From the NCBI GenBank assembly GCA_919901855.1, contig CAKKQC010000007.1:87517-151516 (forward strand): DNA of 64,000 nt. Direction: 5' to 3'. Both the position numbers and the translations under genes were made by a program. Numbering within the stretch: the first letter of the stretch is position 1; each line of letters starts with the position of its first letter. The notes under the pieces were generated by a model. It did no database searches and was not told the DNA's origin. It saw only the letters and a list, made by a program, of their open reading frames with translations. Of the stretch, positions 21,610-31,451 are shown in pieces. The stretch comes from a bacterium (GTDB lineage Bacteria > Oederibacteriota > CAKKQC01).

Positions 21610-21705
21610 GCCGCCCTGAGTGTATCAGGGCCATGGATTGACGGCCCTGTCGCATTGCAGGGAAGGGGTTTCAGCGTTCCCCGGGATCTCCGGGGCTTGT
21701 CCGGT

Positions 21706-21736
21706 TTGACACTTTCCGGCCCAAGCCTTCTATAAT
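21706..21736 (+). promoter_or_regulatory. Sigma70-type promoter TTGACA-N19-TATAAT
   Basis: Consensus hexamers at 21706-21711 and 21731-21736, upstream of an AGGAGGT RBS and ATG 21767; spacer is slightly long. Confidence 0.55.
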
Positions 21737-21766
21737 CAGGCCATCGAGGGACGAGGAGGTGCGGGT

Positions 21767-22723
21767 ATGCACAAGCGGGCGGGGGCGGGCATTCTGAAGC
21801 TGGCATCAATCATCGTGGTCGCCGGGATGGTGGCGGGCGCCGCGCGCGCCTCGGACCTGCTGGGTCCCATCTGGCATCTCAACGGCAAGCACATCGGCGA
21901 CGCCGATCCGCTGGTGTGGACGATCGAGTACTACGACGAATGGGGCCGCACGGTCGTCGACGCCGCGGGCGGACATTTCTACCACGACCGGTGCTGCGGC
22001 GGCGTGGTCACGCACGATCCATCGTGGGTTTACCCCGCGAAGTACTACGGCCAGTACAAGATGTACTACATCGGGACCACGATGCGGTACCGGATCACGC
22101 TCACGAATCCCGGCAATCGCAGCTACACGAACCTGCGCATCGTCGCGATCCAGGAGTACCTGACGAACGACGGGACGTGGGGCGAGTGGATTTCGCCCGA
22201 CGCCGCGAAGGACTGGTATATCACCGAACTCCGGTCGGGCCAGACGGTGGTGTTCGAGGGCGACCTCTACATCCCCTACGGGGCGCATGGCGGCCTCGAC
22301 CAGACGCACCTGCAGGTCCAGCACTTCGATCCGAACAATCCCACCGGCGGGGGCGCGGTCATCCTCGACGACGCGCAGGCCGCCATCTGGTGCCCGCCGG
22401 ACCTCCAGCAGGGCGCCACGGCCCCGGCGCCGGGCGGCATTCTCGTGAAGGCCGGCGATCGCGGCTGGGTCCAGCCGGGCTCCGGCTCACCGGCGCGGAT
22501 CGAGGTCGGCGCGACCGACGCGGGGCAGATCTCGCTCCGCATCTACGACCGCCGCGGCACGCTGGCCCGCGAGATGTTCGCCTACGCGAGCGGCGAGGGT
22601 ACGGTCGTGTTCTCGTGGGACGGCACGCTGTCGTCCGGCCAGCCCGCGGCCCCCGGCGTCTACCTCGTCGTGGCCGACGGCTCCGGCGTCCACGCCAAGG
22701 AGAAGCTCGCGGTCGTCAGGTAG
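21767..22723 (+). CDS. Secreted protein with FlgD-Ig-type C-terminal domain
   Basis: Signal peptide; C-terminal ISLRIYDRRGTLAR...FSWDG...PGVYLV...KEKLAVVR. Confidence 0.75.
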   Translation: MHKRAGAGILKLASIIVVAGMVAGAARASDLLGPIWHLNGKHIGDADPLVWTIEYYDEWGRTVVDAAGGHFYHDRCCGGVVTHDPSWVYPAKYYGQYKMYYIGTTMRYRITLTNPGNRSYTNLRIVAIQEYLTNDGTWGEWISPDAAKDWYITELRSGQTVVFEGDLYIPYGAHGGLDQTHLQVQHFDPNNPTGGGAVILDDAQAAIWCPPDLQQGATAPAPGGILVKAGDRGWVQPGSGSPARIEVGATDAGQISLRIYDRRGTLAREMFAYASGEGTVVFSWDGTLSSGQPAAPGVYLVVADGSGVHAKEKLAVVR

Positions 22724-22748
22724 CCCAAGGGCGGGAGGCGTTGCGACG

Positions 22749-23666
22749 GTGAACGCCTCCCGCCCTTTCGTTTTCCTCCCGGTCCTCGTGGCGTGCGCGT
22801 GTTCGCGCCCCGCCCTCGCCGACGACGCTTCCAATCCCCTCGACCTCGTCGAGCCCGCGCGTATCCAGGCACTCGGCGGCGCCGCCGCCGCCGTTGACCG
22901 CGACGCCACCGGCGTCTGGCTCAATCCCGCCGCGCCGTCCGGGAGCGGCCGGTCCGTGACCCTCGGCGGCCAGCGGGGGTTCATCGAGGACCAGACCTGG
23001 CAGATCTCGGGGGCGGCTCCCGCGGGCCCCCTGACCGCCGCGGCCGGCCTCGCGTACTACGACTCGGGAAGCATCACGCTCCGCAACACCGACGGGGGTG
23101 CCCGGCGGGTATCGGGGCAGCGGGACATCCTCGCCCTCGCCAACGCCAGCGGCGTCTTCGGGGGCGTCGTGAGCCTGGGGGGATCGGTCAAGATCCTGCG
23201 CAGCGACCTCCTCGACCAGTTTCACGCGACGACGGTGGCCGCCGACGCCGGCCTCGTCGTGCGGCCGGCGGAGGACTTCGCGGCGGGCGTCAGTGTCGTC
23301 AACGTGGGGCGAAGGGTGCGGTACGCGGACGAGCGGGTGCCCCTGCCGGCGGCGGTCCGGGCGGGCGGATCGGCGGCGACGCCGGTCGAGGGCGATGGCG
23401 GGATCTCGCCCGACCGGCTTGCGGGGTTCTTGGACGCCGTCTGGCTCCTCCGCGAGCGCCGGGTCGAGTGGCGGGGCGGGGTGGAGGCGTACTGGACGCA
23501 GACGCTGGCCGCGCGGGCGGGTGTGAGCCCGTCGCGCGGCAACGAGTCCTGGCGCGCCGCCCTCGGGGTCGGGGTCTTCATCGGAAAACTGCGCATCGAC
23601 TACGCGATCCAGCTCTCGGGCCCGTCTTCCCTCCCGCAGGTCCTGAGCCTCACCGTGCGGTTGTGA
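22749..23666 (+). CDS. PorV/PorQ-family outer-membrane beta-barrel protein
   Basis: ARIQALGGA...DATGVWLNPA N-terminal motif, amphipathic beta strands, terminal IDYA...SLTVRL. Confidence 0.7.
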   Translation: MNASRPFVFLPVLVACACSRPALADDASNPLDLVEPARIQALGGAAAAVDRDATGVWLNPAAPSGSGRSVTLGGQRGFIEDQTWQISGAAPAGPLTAAAGLAYYDSGSITLRNTDGGARRVSGQRDILALANASGVFGGVVSLGGSVKILRSDLLDQFHATTVAADAGLVVRPAEDFAAGVSVVNVGRRVRYADERVPLPAAVRAGGSAATPVEGDGGISPDRLAGFLDAVWLLRERRVEWRGGVEAYWTQTLAARAGVSPSRGNESWRAALGVGVFIGKLRIDYAIQLSGPSSLPQVLSLTVRL

Positions 23667-23688
23667 CCCGGACTATAATCGGCACAGC

Positions 23689-26040
23689 ATGACCCGATCC
23701 CCGACTCCCCGCCTGCTGGCCCTGCTCCTCGTGGCCGTTCCCGCGCTCTCGTTCGCCGGGTCCTGGCGCGTCGTCGAGGAGCACGGCGTGTGGTGGTTCG
23801 AGCGCGCCGACGGGACGCGCATGCTCTCGCGGGGCGTGGACTGCACGGGGCCGGGTGTGGAGGCGAAGGCGTACGATCCCGCGAAGCCGGAATACTCGTT
23901 CGCCCTCCGCAAGCGCGACACCTACGCCGACTGGCAGTCGCGAACGCTCAAGCGGTTCGACCTGTGGGGGTTCAACACGATCGCGGGCTGGTCCGATTCC
24001 CGGGTCGAGAAGGCGGGGCTCCCGTACACGCCGGTCCTGCACCTCGGCATCCAGGCGGGCGCGCCGTGGGGGGACCTCTGGGATCCCGCGTTCGGGACCA
24101 ATATCCGGCGGCTCGCCGGGGACCTCATGGCGACTCATCGCGGGGACCCGAACGTGCTCGGCTACTTCCTCGACAACGAGTTCGGGTGGGGTGACGAATG
24201 GTTCCTCGGGATCGCGCTGGGCTGGGGGTCGGAGGCGCCGGGCAAGCACCGGGTCGTCGACGTGCTCAAGGGGGTCTACCGTAACGACTGGAAGGCGTTC
24301 CTCAAGGACTTCGAGACGACGGCGAAGAACTGGGACGGCCTGCTGACGGCGACCACGACGGGCACCCGACCCGGGCGCGGCCACCGGGCGATCGACGCGT
24401 GGACGTTCGAGGTCGCGCGCAAGTATTACGCGGTCTGCGCGGGGGTGGTCCGGGAGGTGCATCCGGGGGCGCTCGTGCTGGGCGACCGTTTCCGCCAGTT
24501 CTACCCGCAGGCGGTCGCGCGCGCGGCGAGGGGACTGCTCGACGCGATCTCGACCAACTACGAGTCGACGACGACGGACGGCTGGGTCTCGCCGTGCTAC
24601 TTCCGGACCATGCACGAGCTTTCGGGGCTTCCCGTCGTGGTCGGCGAGTACTACGCGACGGCGCGGCAGAACCGGAGCGGCCTCAGGAACCACGGGGGCG
24701 AGTTCACGCTCGTGGACACCCAGACCCAGCGCGGGGTGGCGGCGGCCGCCCAGTTGCGCGCGTTCGCGTCGTTCCCGTTCGTTATCGGCTGGCACTGGTT
24801 CCAGTGGTGCGACGAGCCCACCTTCGGGCGCGGGGACGGCGAGGACTACAACATGGGGCTCGTCGACATCTACGACGAGCCGTACGCGGACTTCCTCGCC
24901 GCGGTGGTCCCGGCGAACCGGGAGGCCGACCGCATCCACGCGGCGGCGCGGGAGCCGGCGGCGCCGTCCCTCCCCGTCTCCGTGCGGCGACAGACGGGGC
25001 TGGTCGCCGACGGGAAACTCGGCGACTGGGACAAGTCGAGGCCGGTGCCCCGGGCGCTGATCAAGACCGATTCGCCGCTCGTGCCGTTCGGGGACGTCTT
25101 CCTGGCCTGGGACGACGCGAACCTCTGGATCGCGGTGCGGGCCTACGATTTCACGATCCCGGCCCGGGTCGCGCCGGACCCCCGGGACGCCGCGAGCTGG
25201 GGCGAGTTGCACCGGATCTCGGCGCGCGTGGACGACTGGCGGTGCCGGGCGGCGACGGGGAAGGTGTCGAGCGGGAAGAAGGACGACGAGGGCCGTTCCG
25301 TGCTCTACGCCGTGCCGCCCGCCCGGGGGAGCTGGTCCGGCGCCCTGTCCTCGTGGGTCGATGCGTGGCACTACGTCTGGGAGATCGCGGTTCCGGCCGA
25401 GGCGCTCGGCGGCACCCCGGTCCCGGGCCGGAAGTACCGGCTCGCGCTCGTGATCGAGAACCGTGGCGACTTCGAGAAGATGTGGCTGGATTTCGACATC
25501 GAGCTCGAGGGCCGGCCGGAGCCCGCCCGGGAGCGGTCGTACTGGTATCCCGCGGACGAGCCGATGCCGGTCCGGGACGAGCCCGCCATCCGCGTGATCT
25601 CCCCGCCTCCGCCGCTCGAGGGGGGCCCGCTGGACGACACCCGTCCCAGGTACCGGAGTCCGGTGCGGCCGGTCGCGCCGGCGGGGGCGGGTCCGGTGGC
25701 TCCGCCGGGCGTGGCGCCCGCCGACGACCGCGGGCCTACCATGCATGTACCGAAGAAGGTGGTCCGGCCCCCGGGGACGAAGCCGGGAGCTAAGCCCGTC
25801 GCCCCTCCGCCGGCCGTCACTCCTGTGACGCCTCCGCCGACGGAGTCTGCCGCGGACGAGGGGACGACGGGGCCTGCGACGGAGCCCGCGGCGAAGCCAC
25901 CGGCGGACAAGGGCAAACCGGCGAAGGAGAAACACGAACCAGAGAAGCCGGCTACGCCCGAGACGAAGTCACCGGTGGATGAAACCAAAGTGGTGCCGGG
26001 GAATCCGCCTGCCGAGAACCCCGGGCAGGCCGCGCCGTAG
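23689..26040 (+). CDS. Secreted glycoside hydrolase (GH50/beta-agarase-like) with CBM9-like domain and Pro-rich tail
   Basis: WGFNTIAGWS, GYFLDNE, VVGEY, IGWHWFQWCDEP..GEDYNMGLVD motifs; ADGKLGDW...LAWDDANLWIAV; TATAAT 9 nt upstream. Confidence 0.7.
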   Translation: MTRSPTPRLLALLLVAVPALSFAGSWRVVEEHGVWWFERADGTRMLSRGVDCTGPGVEAKAYDPAKPEYSFALRKRDTYADWQSRTLKRFDLWGFNTIAGWSDSRVEKAGLPYTPVLHLGIQAGAPWGDLWDPAFGTNIRRLAGDLMATHRGDPNVLGYFLDNEFGWGDEWFLGIALGWGSEAPGKHRVVDVLKGVYRNDWKAFLKDFETTAKNWDGLLTATTTGTRPGRGHRAIDAWTFEVARKYYAVCAGVVREVHPGALVLGDRFRQFYPQAVARAARGLLDAISTNYESTTTDGWVSPCYFRTMHELSGLPVVVGEYYATARQNRSGLRNHGGEFTLVDTQTQRGVAAAAQLRAFASFPFVIGWHWFQWCDEPTFGRGDGEDYNMGLVDIYDEPYADFLAAVVPANREADRIHAAAREPAAPSLPVSVRRQTGLVADGKLGDWDKSRPVPRALIKTDSPLVPFGDVFLAWDDANLWIAVRAYDFTIPARVAPDPRDAASWGELHRISARVDDWRCRAATGKVSSGKKDDEGRSVLYAVPPARGSWSGALSSWVDAWHYVWEIAVPAEALGGTPVPGRKYRLALVIENRGDFEKMWLDFDIELEGRPEPARERSYWYPADEPMPVRDEPAIRVISPPPPLEGGPLDDTRPRYRSPVRPVAPAGAGPVAPPGVAPADDRGPTMHVPKKVVRPPGTKPGAKPVAPPPAVTPVTPPPTESAADEGTTGPATEPAAKPPADKGKPAKEKHEPEKPATPETKSPVDETKVVPGNPPAENPGQAAP

Positions 26041-26098
26041 GGGACGTACTTTCAATTCTGCGATTATCCCGAGAATCGCAGAATTGAAAGTACGTCCC
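26041..26098. repeat. Perfect 25-bp inverted repeat (terminator or REP/MITE-like) between convergent genes
   Basis: gggacgtactttcaattctgcgatt-atcccgag-aatcgcagaattgaaagtacgtccc. Confidence 0.85.
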
Positions 26099-27256
26099 TC
26101 AATAACGGTCGGCGCAGAGGGTGTAAGGGAGCGCGGGCGGGAAGAGCGCCGAGAGCGGCTCTACCGCGTCACCTGGAATCCTGACCCCGGGCTCCAACAT
26201 CGCGTCCCCGACGGTCCGGTACCCGATCAGCAGCTGGGTCAGGATGCCCTGCGGAATCGTGGCCCGCAGGCCGGAGGCGCCGGGCAGGACCCGCACCCGC
26301 CCGTCTGCCGCCGCCAGCCGGACCTCGCCGAGCTCGCACCCGATCCGGACGGCGAACTGCGACCGCGCCAGTCCCGAGGCCCGCAGCCGCCGCGTCAGCT
26401 CACCCTCGCAGTCGCGGAAGGTCTTCTCGAGGCACATGATCCGCGCCATCCCGTCGCCGTTCCGCCAGTAGTGGAGCGTGACGTCGAGCGCGAACCGCCT
26501 CAGGTACCGGGCGTAGGCGTGGTCGGGCGGGACATGAAGCGTCATGTCGGGAACCCGTCGCGCCTTCGCCCGCTTCGCGAACTCGGCCGCGAGGGCGGGA
26601 AACACCTCGGGGGTCCGGTAGCCGGCCTCGGTCACGATCAGGGCCTTCCGGTCCTGGTCGTTGACGCCGTAGCCCTCGACGCGTCCGCCGCGGAGTACGA
26701 CAAACGACTCCGCCCGGCGGAACCACCACGAGCCCAGGCGGAACCCCCGCCAGTGGCGGGCCGGGGGGCGCACGACCGAGAGTGGGCGAAGCGCCTCGTT
26801 GGCGGCGTAGAGGGCGAGGACCTGGGATCCGTGCCGGTCGCGATTGAACGGCACGATGCGGTAGCCGGCCGGCATCGTCGAAGGCGCGGCGCCGGTCGCG
26901 AGCTTGAGCCGCGGCTCCGGGATCGCCTGCGCGTAGCCCCAGCGATGGTAGAAGTTCGGGATGCCGAAGAGCGCCGTGAGGTGAAAACCGTCCCGTTCCA
27001 TGATTTCGAGGCACTTGAGCATGCAGAGCGAGGAGTAGCCCTTGTTCCGGTGCTCCTTGGCCGTGCCCACGCCCCCGATGCCGCCGACGCGGAGCCGGGC
27101 CTCCCCGACGCGCATGATGAAGTGGTTGATCATGATCCAACTCACCTTATCCGCGCGGTGGTAGAGGTTCACGACGGTCATGGGCCACCGGCCTTCCCTA
27201 TGAATGTAGAAGGCGAGGTCGGGGCCGAGCCGGCTGTCGGGGGAGGCGTGTACCAT
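26099..27256 (-). CDS. GNAT family N-acetyltransferase, Eis-like
   Basis: GGIGGVGTAKEHRNKGYS, LFGIPNFYHRWGY. Confidence 0.8.
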   Translation of the reverse strand: MVHASPDSRLGPDLAFYIHREGRWPMTVVNLYHRADKVSWIMINHFIMRVGEARLRVGGIGGVGTAKEHRNKGYSSLCMLKCLEIMERDGFHLTALFGIPNFYHRWGYAQAIPEPRLKLATGAAPSTMPAGYRIVPFNRDRHGSQVLALYAANEALRPLSVVRPPARHWRGFRLGSWWFRRAESFVVLRGGRVEGYGVNDQDRKALIVTEAGYRTPEVFPALAAEFAKRAKARRVPDMTLHVPPDHAYARYLRRFALDVTLHYWRNGDGMARIMCLEKTFRDCEGELTRRLRASGLARSQFAVRIGCELGEVRLAAADGRVRVLPGASGLRATIPQGILTQLLIGYRTVGDAMLEPGVRIPGDAVEPLSALFPPALPYTLCADRY

Positions 27257-27333
27257 GGGTCCTATGGTACGCCTTCGGCCCGGATCGTCTCGCGAGTGGA
27301 GCGGCTGAACTGGTCGCCGCCCTGCTGGTCGCC

Positions 27334-29970
27334 ATGACCGCGTTCGCGGCTCCGCATGCCGCTTTCTACGTCGCGACGACGGGGAACGACGGCTGGACGG
27401 GGAAGCTGGCGGCGCCGAACGCGGCGGCCACCGACGGCCCGTTCGCGACGCTCGACCGCGCCCGGCGGGCGGTCCGGGAGCTCAAGACGAAAGGGAAGAA
27501 GCCGGTCACGGTCCTGATCCGGGGCGGGACCTACGAGCTGTCCGCCCCCGTCGTCTTCGAGCCCGGAGACTCCGGGACCGCGAAGGCGCCGGTCATGTAT
27601 GCCGCCTTCCCGGGCGAGACCCCGGTCCTGAGCGGTGGGACCCGGATCGCGGGATGGACGGTCACGACGGGCGGCCGGTGGGAGGCGAAGCTCGCCTCTC
27701 CGTGGGATTTCAGCCAGCTCTGGGTCGGCGGCACCCGGCGGTTTCGGCCCCGGCTCCCGCGCGAGGGCACCTTCTACCTGGCCGGTGGCCTGCCGCCGTC
27801 GCCCGCGGCCAGGGGCGTTGGGTTCGACCGGGTCAGGGTCTTCCCGGGAGACGTACCGGAGTTGTTGCGGCCGGGCGAGGTCGAGGTCTGCGTCTTCCAC
27901 AAGTGGGTCATGCCAAGGATGCGAATCGGCTCCCTCGACCGGGCCCGGGGTGTGCTCCCGTTCGCAGCGCCGTTCGGCGTGGACCAGGACTGGGCCGAGT
28001 TCAGCCGCGGCGACCGGTACTTCCTCGACAACGTCCGGGAGGCGCTCGGCGCGCCCGGCGACTGGTACCTCGACGCCGAAGGCGGCACGATCACGTACGT
28101 CCCCCTCCCGGGCGAGGCGCCGGACTCCACCGAGGTCGTGGCCCCGCGCCTGCCGCGGCTCCTCGAGCTTCGCGGGGACCCGGCGGCGAAGGCGTGGGTG
28201 CGCGGACTCGAGTTCCGGGGGCTCACGCTCGCGCACACGAACTGGACCTGCCCGCCCGAAGGCCACGGCACGGGTCAGGCGGAGGTGGACCTCGGCGGTG
28301 CCGTCACGGCCCGGGGCGCCCGGGACTGCGCATTCACGGACTGCACGGTCGTCCATACGGGCGAATACGGGCTCGAGCTGGTGGAGGGATGCCGGAACGT
28401 CGCGGTCACCCGGTGCGTCCTGGCCGATCTCGGCGGCGGGGGGATCAAGATCGGGACCTTCCGGTGGGGCTCGTCCGGCGGTCCGGAGACGGAGACCGGC
28501 TGGATCACGGTGCGTGACTGCGCGCTCGCGCACGGCGGCCGGATGCATCCCGCGGCCGTCGGGATCCTTATCGGCCACTCGCCGCACAACACGATCGACC
28601 ACGATGACATCGACGACTTCTTCTACACGGGCATCTCCGTGGGCTGGTCGTGGGGCTACGGCCCCAGCGCCGCCCACCACAACGCCGTGACCGCGAACCG
28701 GGTCGGCGGGATCGGGCAGGAACAGCTCTCGGACATGGGCGGCATCTACACGCTGGGCACCGGCGCCGGAAACGTCGTCCGCGACAACGTCTTCCATGAC
28801 ATCGCCGCGTTCGACTACGGCGGCTGGGGCATCTACTTCGACGAGGGCTCGACGGGCATGGTGGCCGAGCGGAACCTCGTGTACCGGACAAAGAGCGCGG
28901 GGTTCCACCAGCACTACGGCCGGGACAACATCGTGCGGAACAACATCTTCGCCTACGGCACCGAGGCCGTGCTCATGCGCACGCGCGCCGAGCCCCACCG
29001 GTCGTTCACGTTGGAGCGGAACCTCGTCGTCGCGAACGGCTCGCCGCTGCTCGGGAGCAACTGGTCGGGTACCGGGTACGCGATCGACCGCAACCTATAC
29101 TGGGACGAGGCCGGTCCGCCGGCGGGACCGCGGCGGGGCGTTACGTGGGACCAGTGGCGCGCGGCGGGGCACGACCGGCACTCGATCGTGGCCGATCCCG
29201 GGTTCCGGGACCCCGGGCACGGCGACTTCCGGCTGAAGCCGGGGTCACCGGCCGCGAAGATCGGGTTCAAGGCATTCGATACCTCGAAGGCGGGGCGGCG
29301 GGGCGGACCCATCGTGCCAGAAGCCGGGCCGGTCTTCCCGTGGCCGGCCGCCCGGCACGGCGTGCTTCCCGTCAGCGAAGACTTCGAGGATTCGGAGCCG
29401 GGGGAGAAGGCCTCCGGGCTCGTGACCTTCGAAGACGAGGGGGCGACGGCCCGGGTCACGGAGGAGACGGCGGCGTCGGGCAAACGCAGCCTCTTATTCG
29501 TGAAGGCTGCGAACCAGCCTCAGCCGCACGACTACAACCCCCACGCGTACTGGGAGCCGGGCTTCACCTCGGGCGAAGTGTCCGGCCGGTTCTCGGTTCG
29601 GCTCGCGCCGGGCGCCACGTTCGCCCATGAGTGGCGGGACACCACGGGGCCGGGGAAGGGCGGGAGCTGGTACCGGGTCGGGCCGTCGCTCTACGTGGGC
29701 GGCGACGGGGTGCTCCAGGCGAACGGGAAGCGGCTGGACGCGCTCCCTGCCAACGCGTGGGTCGCCATCGAGATCCGGTACACGCTGGGGACGGCGACCT
29801 ACACGATGACGGTGACCCCGCCCGGTGGTCGGGTCCTCCGCTACGCCGATCTGGCCTGCACGGAGCCGATCGCGAAGCTCACCTGGTGGGGGTTCATGGC
29901 CCTTGGGACCCGGCCGGGGCCCGCCTTCTTCCTCGACGACGTCTCGCTCGCCCCCGCGTCAAAACCGTAG
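27334..29970 (+). CDS. Right-handed parallel beta-helix carbohydrate-active protein (GH141/pectin-lyase-like fold) with C-terminal lectin-like domain
   Basis: [53 protein letters not shown]. Confidence 0.75.
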   Translation: MTAFAAPHAAFYVATTGNDGWTGKLAAPNAAATDGPFATLDRARRAVRELKTKGKKPVTVLIRGGTYELSAPVVFEPGDSGTAKAPVMYAAFPGETPVLSGGTRIAGWTVTTGGRWEAKLASPWDFSQLWVGGTRRFRPRLPREGTFYLAGGLPPSPAARGVGFDRVRVFPGDVPELLRPGEVEVCVFHKWVMPRMRIGSLDRARGVLPFAAPFGVDQDWAEFSRGDRYFLDNVREALGAPGDWYLDAEGGTITYVPLPGEAPDSTEVVAPRLPRLLELRGDPAAKAWVRGLEFRGLTLAHTNWTCPPEGHGTGQAEVDLGGAVTARGARDCAFTDCTVVHTGEYGLELVEGCRNVAVTRCVLADLGGGGIKIGTFRWGSSGGPETETGWITVRDCALAHGGRMHPAAVGILIGHSPHNTIDHDDIDDFFYTGISVGWSWGYGPSAAHHNAVTANRVGGIGQEQLSDMGGIYTLGTGAGNVVRDNVFHDIAAFDYGGWGIYFDEGSTGMVAERNLVYRTKSAGFHQHYGRDNIVRNNIFAYGTEAVLMRTRAEPHRSFTLERNLVVANGSPLLGSNWSGTGYAIDRNLYWDEAGPPAGPRRGVTWDQWRAAGHDRHSIVADPGFRDPGHGDFRLKPGSPAAKIGFKAFDTSKAGRRGGPIVPEAGPVFPWPAARHGVLPVSEDFEDSEPGEKASGLVTFEDEGATARVTEETAASGKRSLLFVKAANQPQPHDYNPHAYWEPGFTSGEVSGRFSVRLAPGATFAHEWRDTTGPGKGGSWYRVGPSLYVGGDGVLQANGKRLDALPANAWVAIEIRYTLGTATYTMTVTPPGGRVLRYADLACTEPIAKLTWWGFMALGTRPGPAFFLDDVSLAPASKP

Positions 29971-30369
29971 GGGTTTTCGCAGCTCCTTCGTCTCCGCGTG
30001 CCGGTGCTTCTCGCGGAGCATCTTCTCCTTGGCCCGCTTCGACCGCTTGCGCTTCTGCTTCCGGATCTTCCAGATGGCCTGCTGTTTCGCCGAGGCTTCG
30101 CCCTTCACGCGGGATTCGATCTCATCCACGAGCCGGCGGCGGGCGAGGAACCGGTTGATGCCCTGCGACCGCTCGGACTGGCAACGCACCGAGAGGCCCG
30201 TCGGCTTGTGGACGAGGATGACGAGCGTCTCGACCTTGTTCACGTTCTGCCCACCGGGCCCGGAGGACCGGCCGAAGGACTCCTCGAAGTCTGATTCCCT
30301 GATCCCGAGTTCGTCCATCTTGGCCTGGAGCTCGCGCAGCTTGGATTCGGATACGGGAAACGCTTGCAC
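29959..30369 (-). CDS. Peptide chain release factor-like (GGQ) ribosome rescue protein, ArfB/C12orf65-like
   Basis: [26 protein letters not shown], basic C-terminal tail; GTG start at 30369. Confidence 0.85.
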   Translation of the reverse strand: MQAFPVSESKLRELQAKMDELGIRESDFEESFGRSSGPGGQNVNKVETLVILVHKPTGLSVRCQSERSQGINRFLARRRLVDEIESRVKGEASAKQQAIWKIRKQKRKRSKRAKEKMLREKHRHAETKELRKPLRF

Positions 30370-30371
30370 GG

Positions 30372-31451
30372 TCAGTCGCTCACCGCGCGGAGGACCGCGT
30401 CCGCGGCGGCGCGGTCGGGGACTTCGAGGCCGAGCAGGAACCGGTTGAGCTTCTTCCCGAACTCGCGCTTCATTGCCGCAAGCTTCTCGGGGGGGAACCA
30501 GTCGGAGAGCATGACCATCCGGCCGGCGTCCACGGTCTTGTGGTAGATCGGCCACCACTGCGGATGCCATGCCGGGGTGGCCGCGGCCCCGGGCGTCCAT
30601 TGGAGCATCCGAATTCCGGGCACCGACAGGAGGTGGTCGTGGTGCGGGACCGCGCCGGGGCCGTCCCAGTGGTAGAGGACGAAATCGAGCCGTTCGGTCA
30701 TTCTGCGGAGCACGGGGACCATGAAATCCCCGAACATGGCGGGCGAGATCATGGCGGAGAAGTCGCACTGGAGCTTGGCGCACCGGCCCGGCGCCCATAC
30801 CCAGAAATGGGTCCCGCCGCGCTCGTCCTTGAGGAGGTTGTAGAGGGGGTCGTAGTACGCGAAATACAGGTCCGTGATCTTGTCGAGGCAGTCGTGGACC
30901 CACGCCGGCTGGTCGATCAGGTCAGCGAGAAGGGCCTCGCCGCCACGCATGGCCGCGAGCGTGTCGAGCCCCTCGATGATGTCCGGGTATTGGACGAGGA
31001 ACCTGCCCTTCCCGGCGCGCACGAGCTCGGTCGCGAGCCGGACCGTGAAGTCCCAGTAGAAGTTGTGGGGATCGTACCGGAAGGCCGCGGCCTCGGGACT
31101 GGCCATGCACGGCTCGAACCAGACCGTCCCCGGCATCTCGACGCCCCGGCATCCGAGGTAGAGGGCGAGGCAGTTGGGGCCGAGGTCCGCGGCCGTGACC
31201 GGCATCGACTCGCAGAGGTGGTCGTGCCAGAGGGACTCGCGAAGGCCCGCGTTCACCCGGTACTCGAAGCTCTTGGTCGAGTAGTGCGTGACCCAGCCGT
31301 CCGGGGTGGGCAGGGCGGGAACATCGGCCCACGGCTTCTCACGCCTCGCCTTGAGGAGCAGGGCCGGCCGGCCGAGATCGCCGCCGTTCCACCACGCGGC
31401 CAAACGGTCCCGGGCTGCGTCCGCGTCGGGCCGGTACTCGAGTCCGCTCAT
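30372..31451 (-). CDS. UROD/MetE-like superfamily protein
   Basis: [34 protein letters not shown]; ATG 31451 overlaps the GH92 stop. Confidence 0.7.
   Translation of the reverse strand: MSGLEYRPDADAARDRLAAWWNGGDLGRPALLLKARREKPWADVPALPTPDGWVTHYSTKSFEYRVNAGLRESLWHDHLCESMPVTAADLGPNCLALYLGCRGVEMPGTVWFEPCMASPEAAAFRYDPHNFYWDFTVRLATELVRAGKGRFLVQYPDIIEGLDTLAAMRGGEALLADLIDQPAWVHDCLDKITDLYFAYYDPLYNLLKDERGGTHFWVWAPGRCAKLQCDFSAMISPAMFGDFMVPVLRRMTERLDFVLYHWDGPGAVPHHDHLLSVPGIRMLQWTPGAAATPAWHPQWWPIYHKTVDAGRMVMLSDWFPPEKLAAMKREFGKKLNRFLLGLEVPDRAAADAVLRAVSD

Noticed and set aside
25600-26040. Pro/Lys/Glu-rich tail of the GH50-like gene as a separate element
   Set aside because: It is an in-frame low-complexity tail with no repeat periodicity or mobile-element boundaries.
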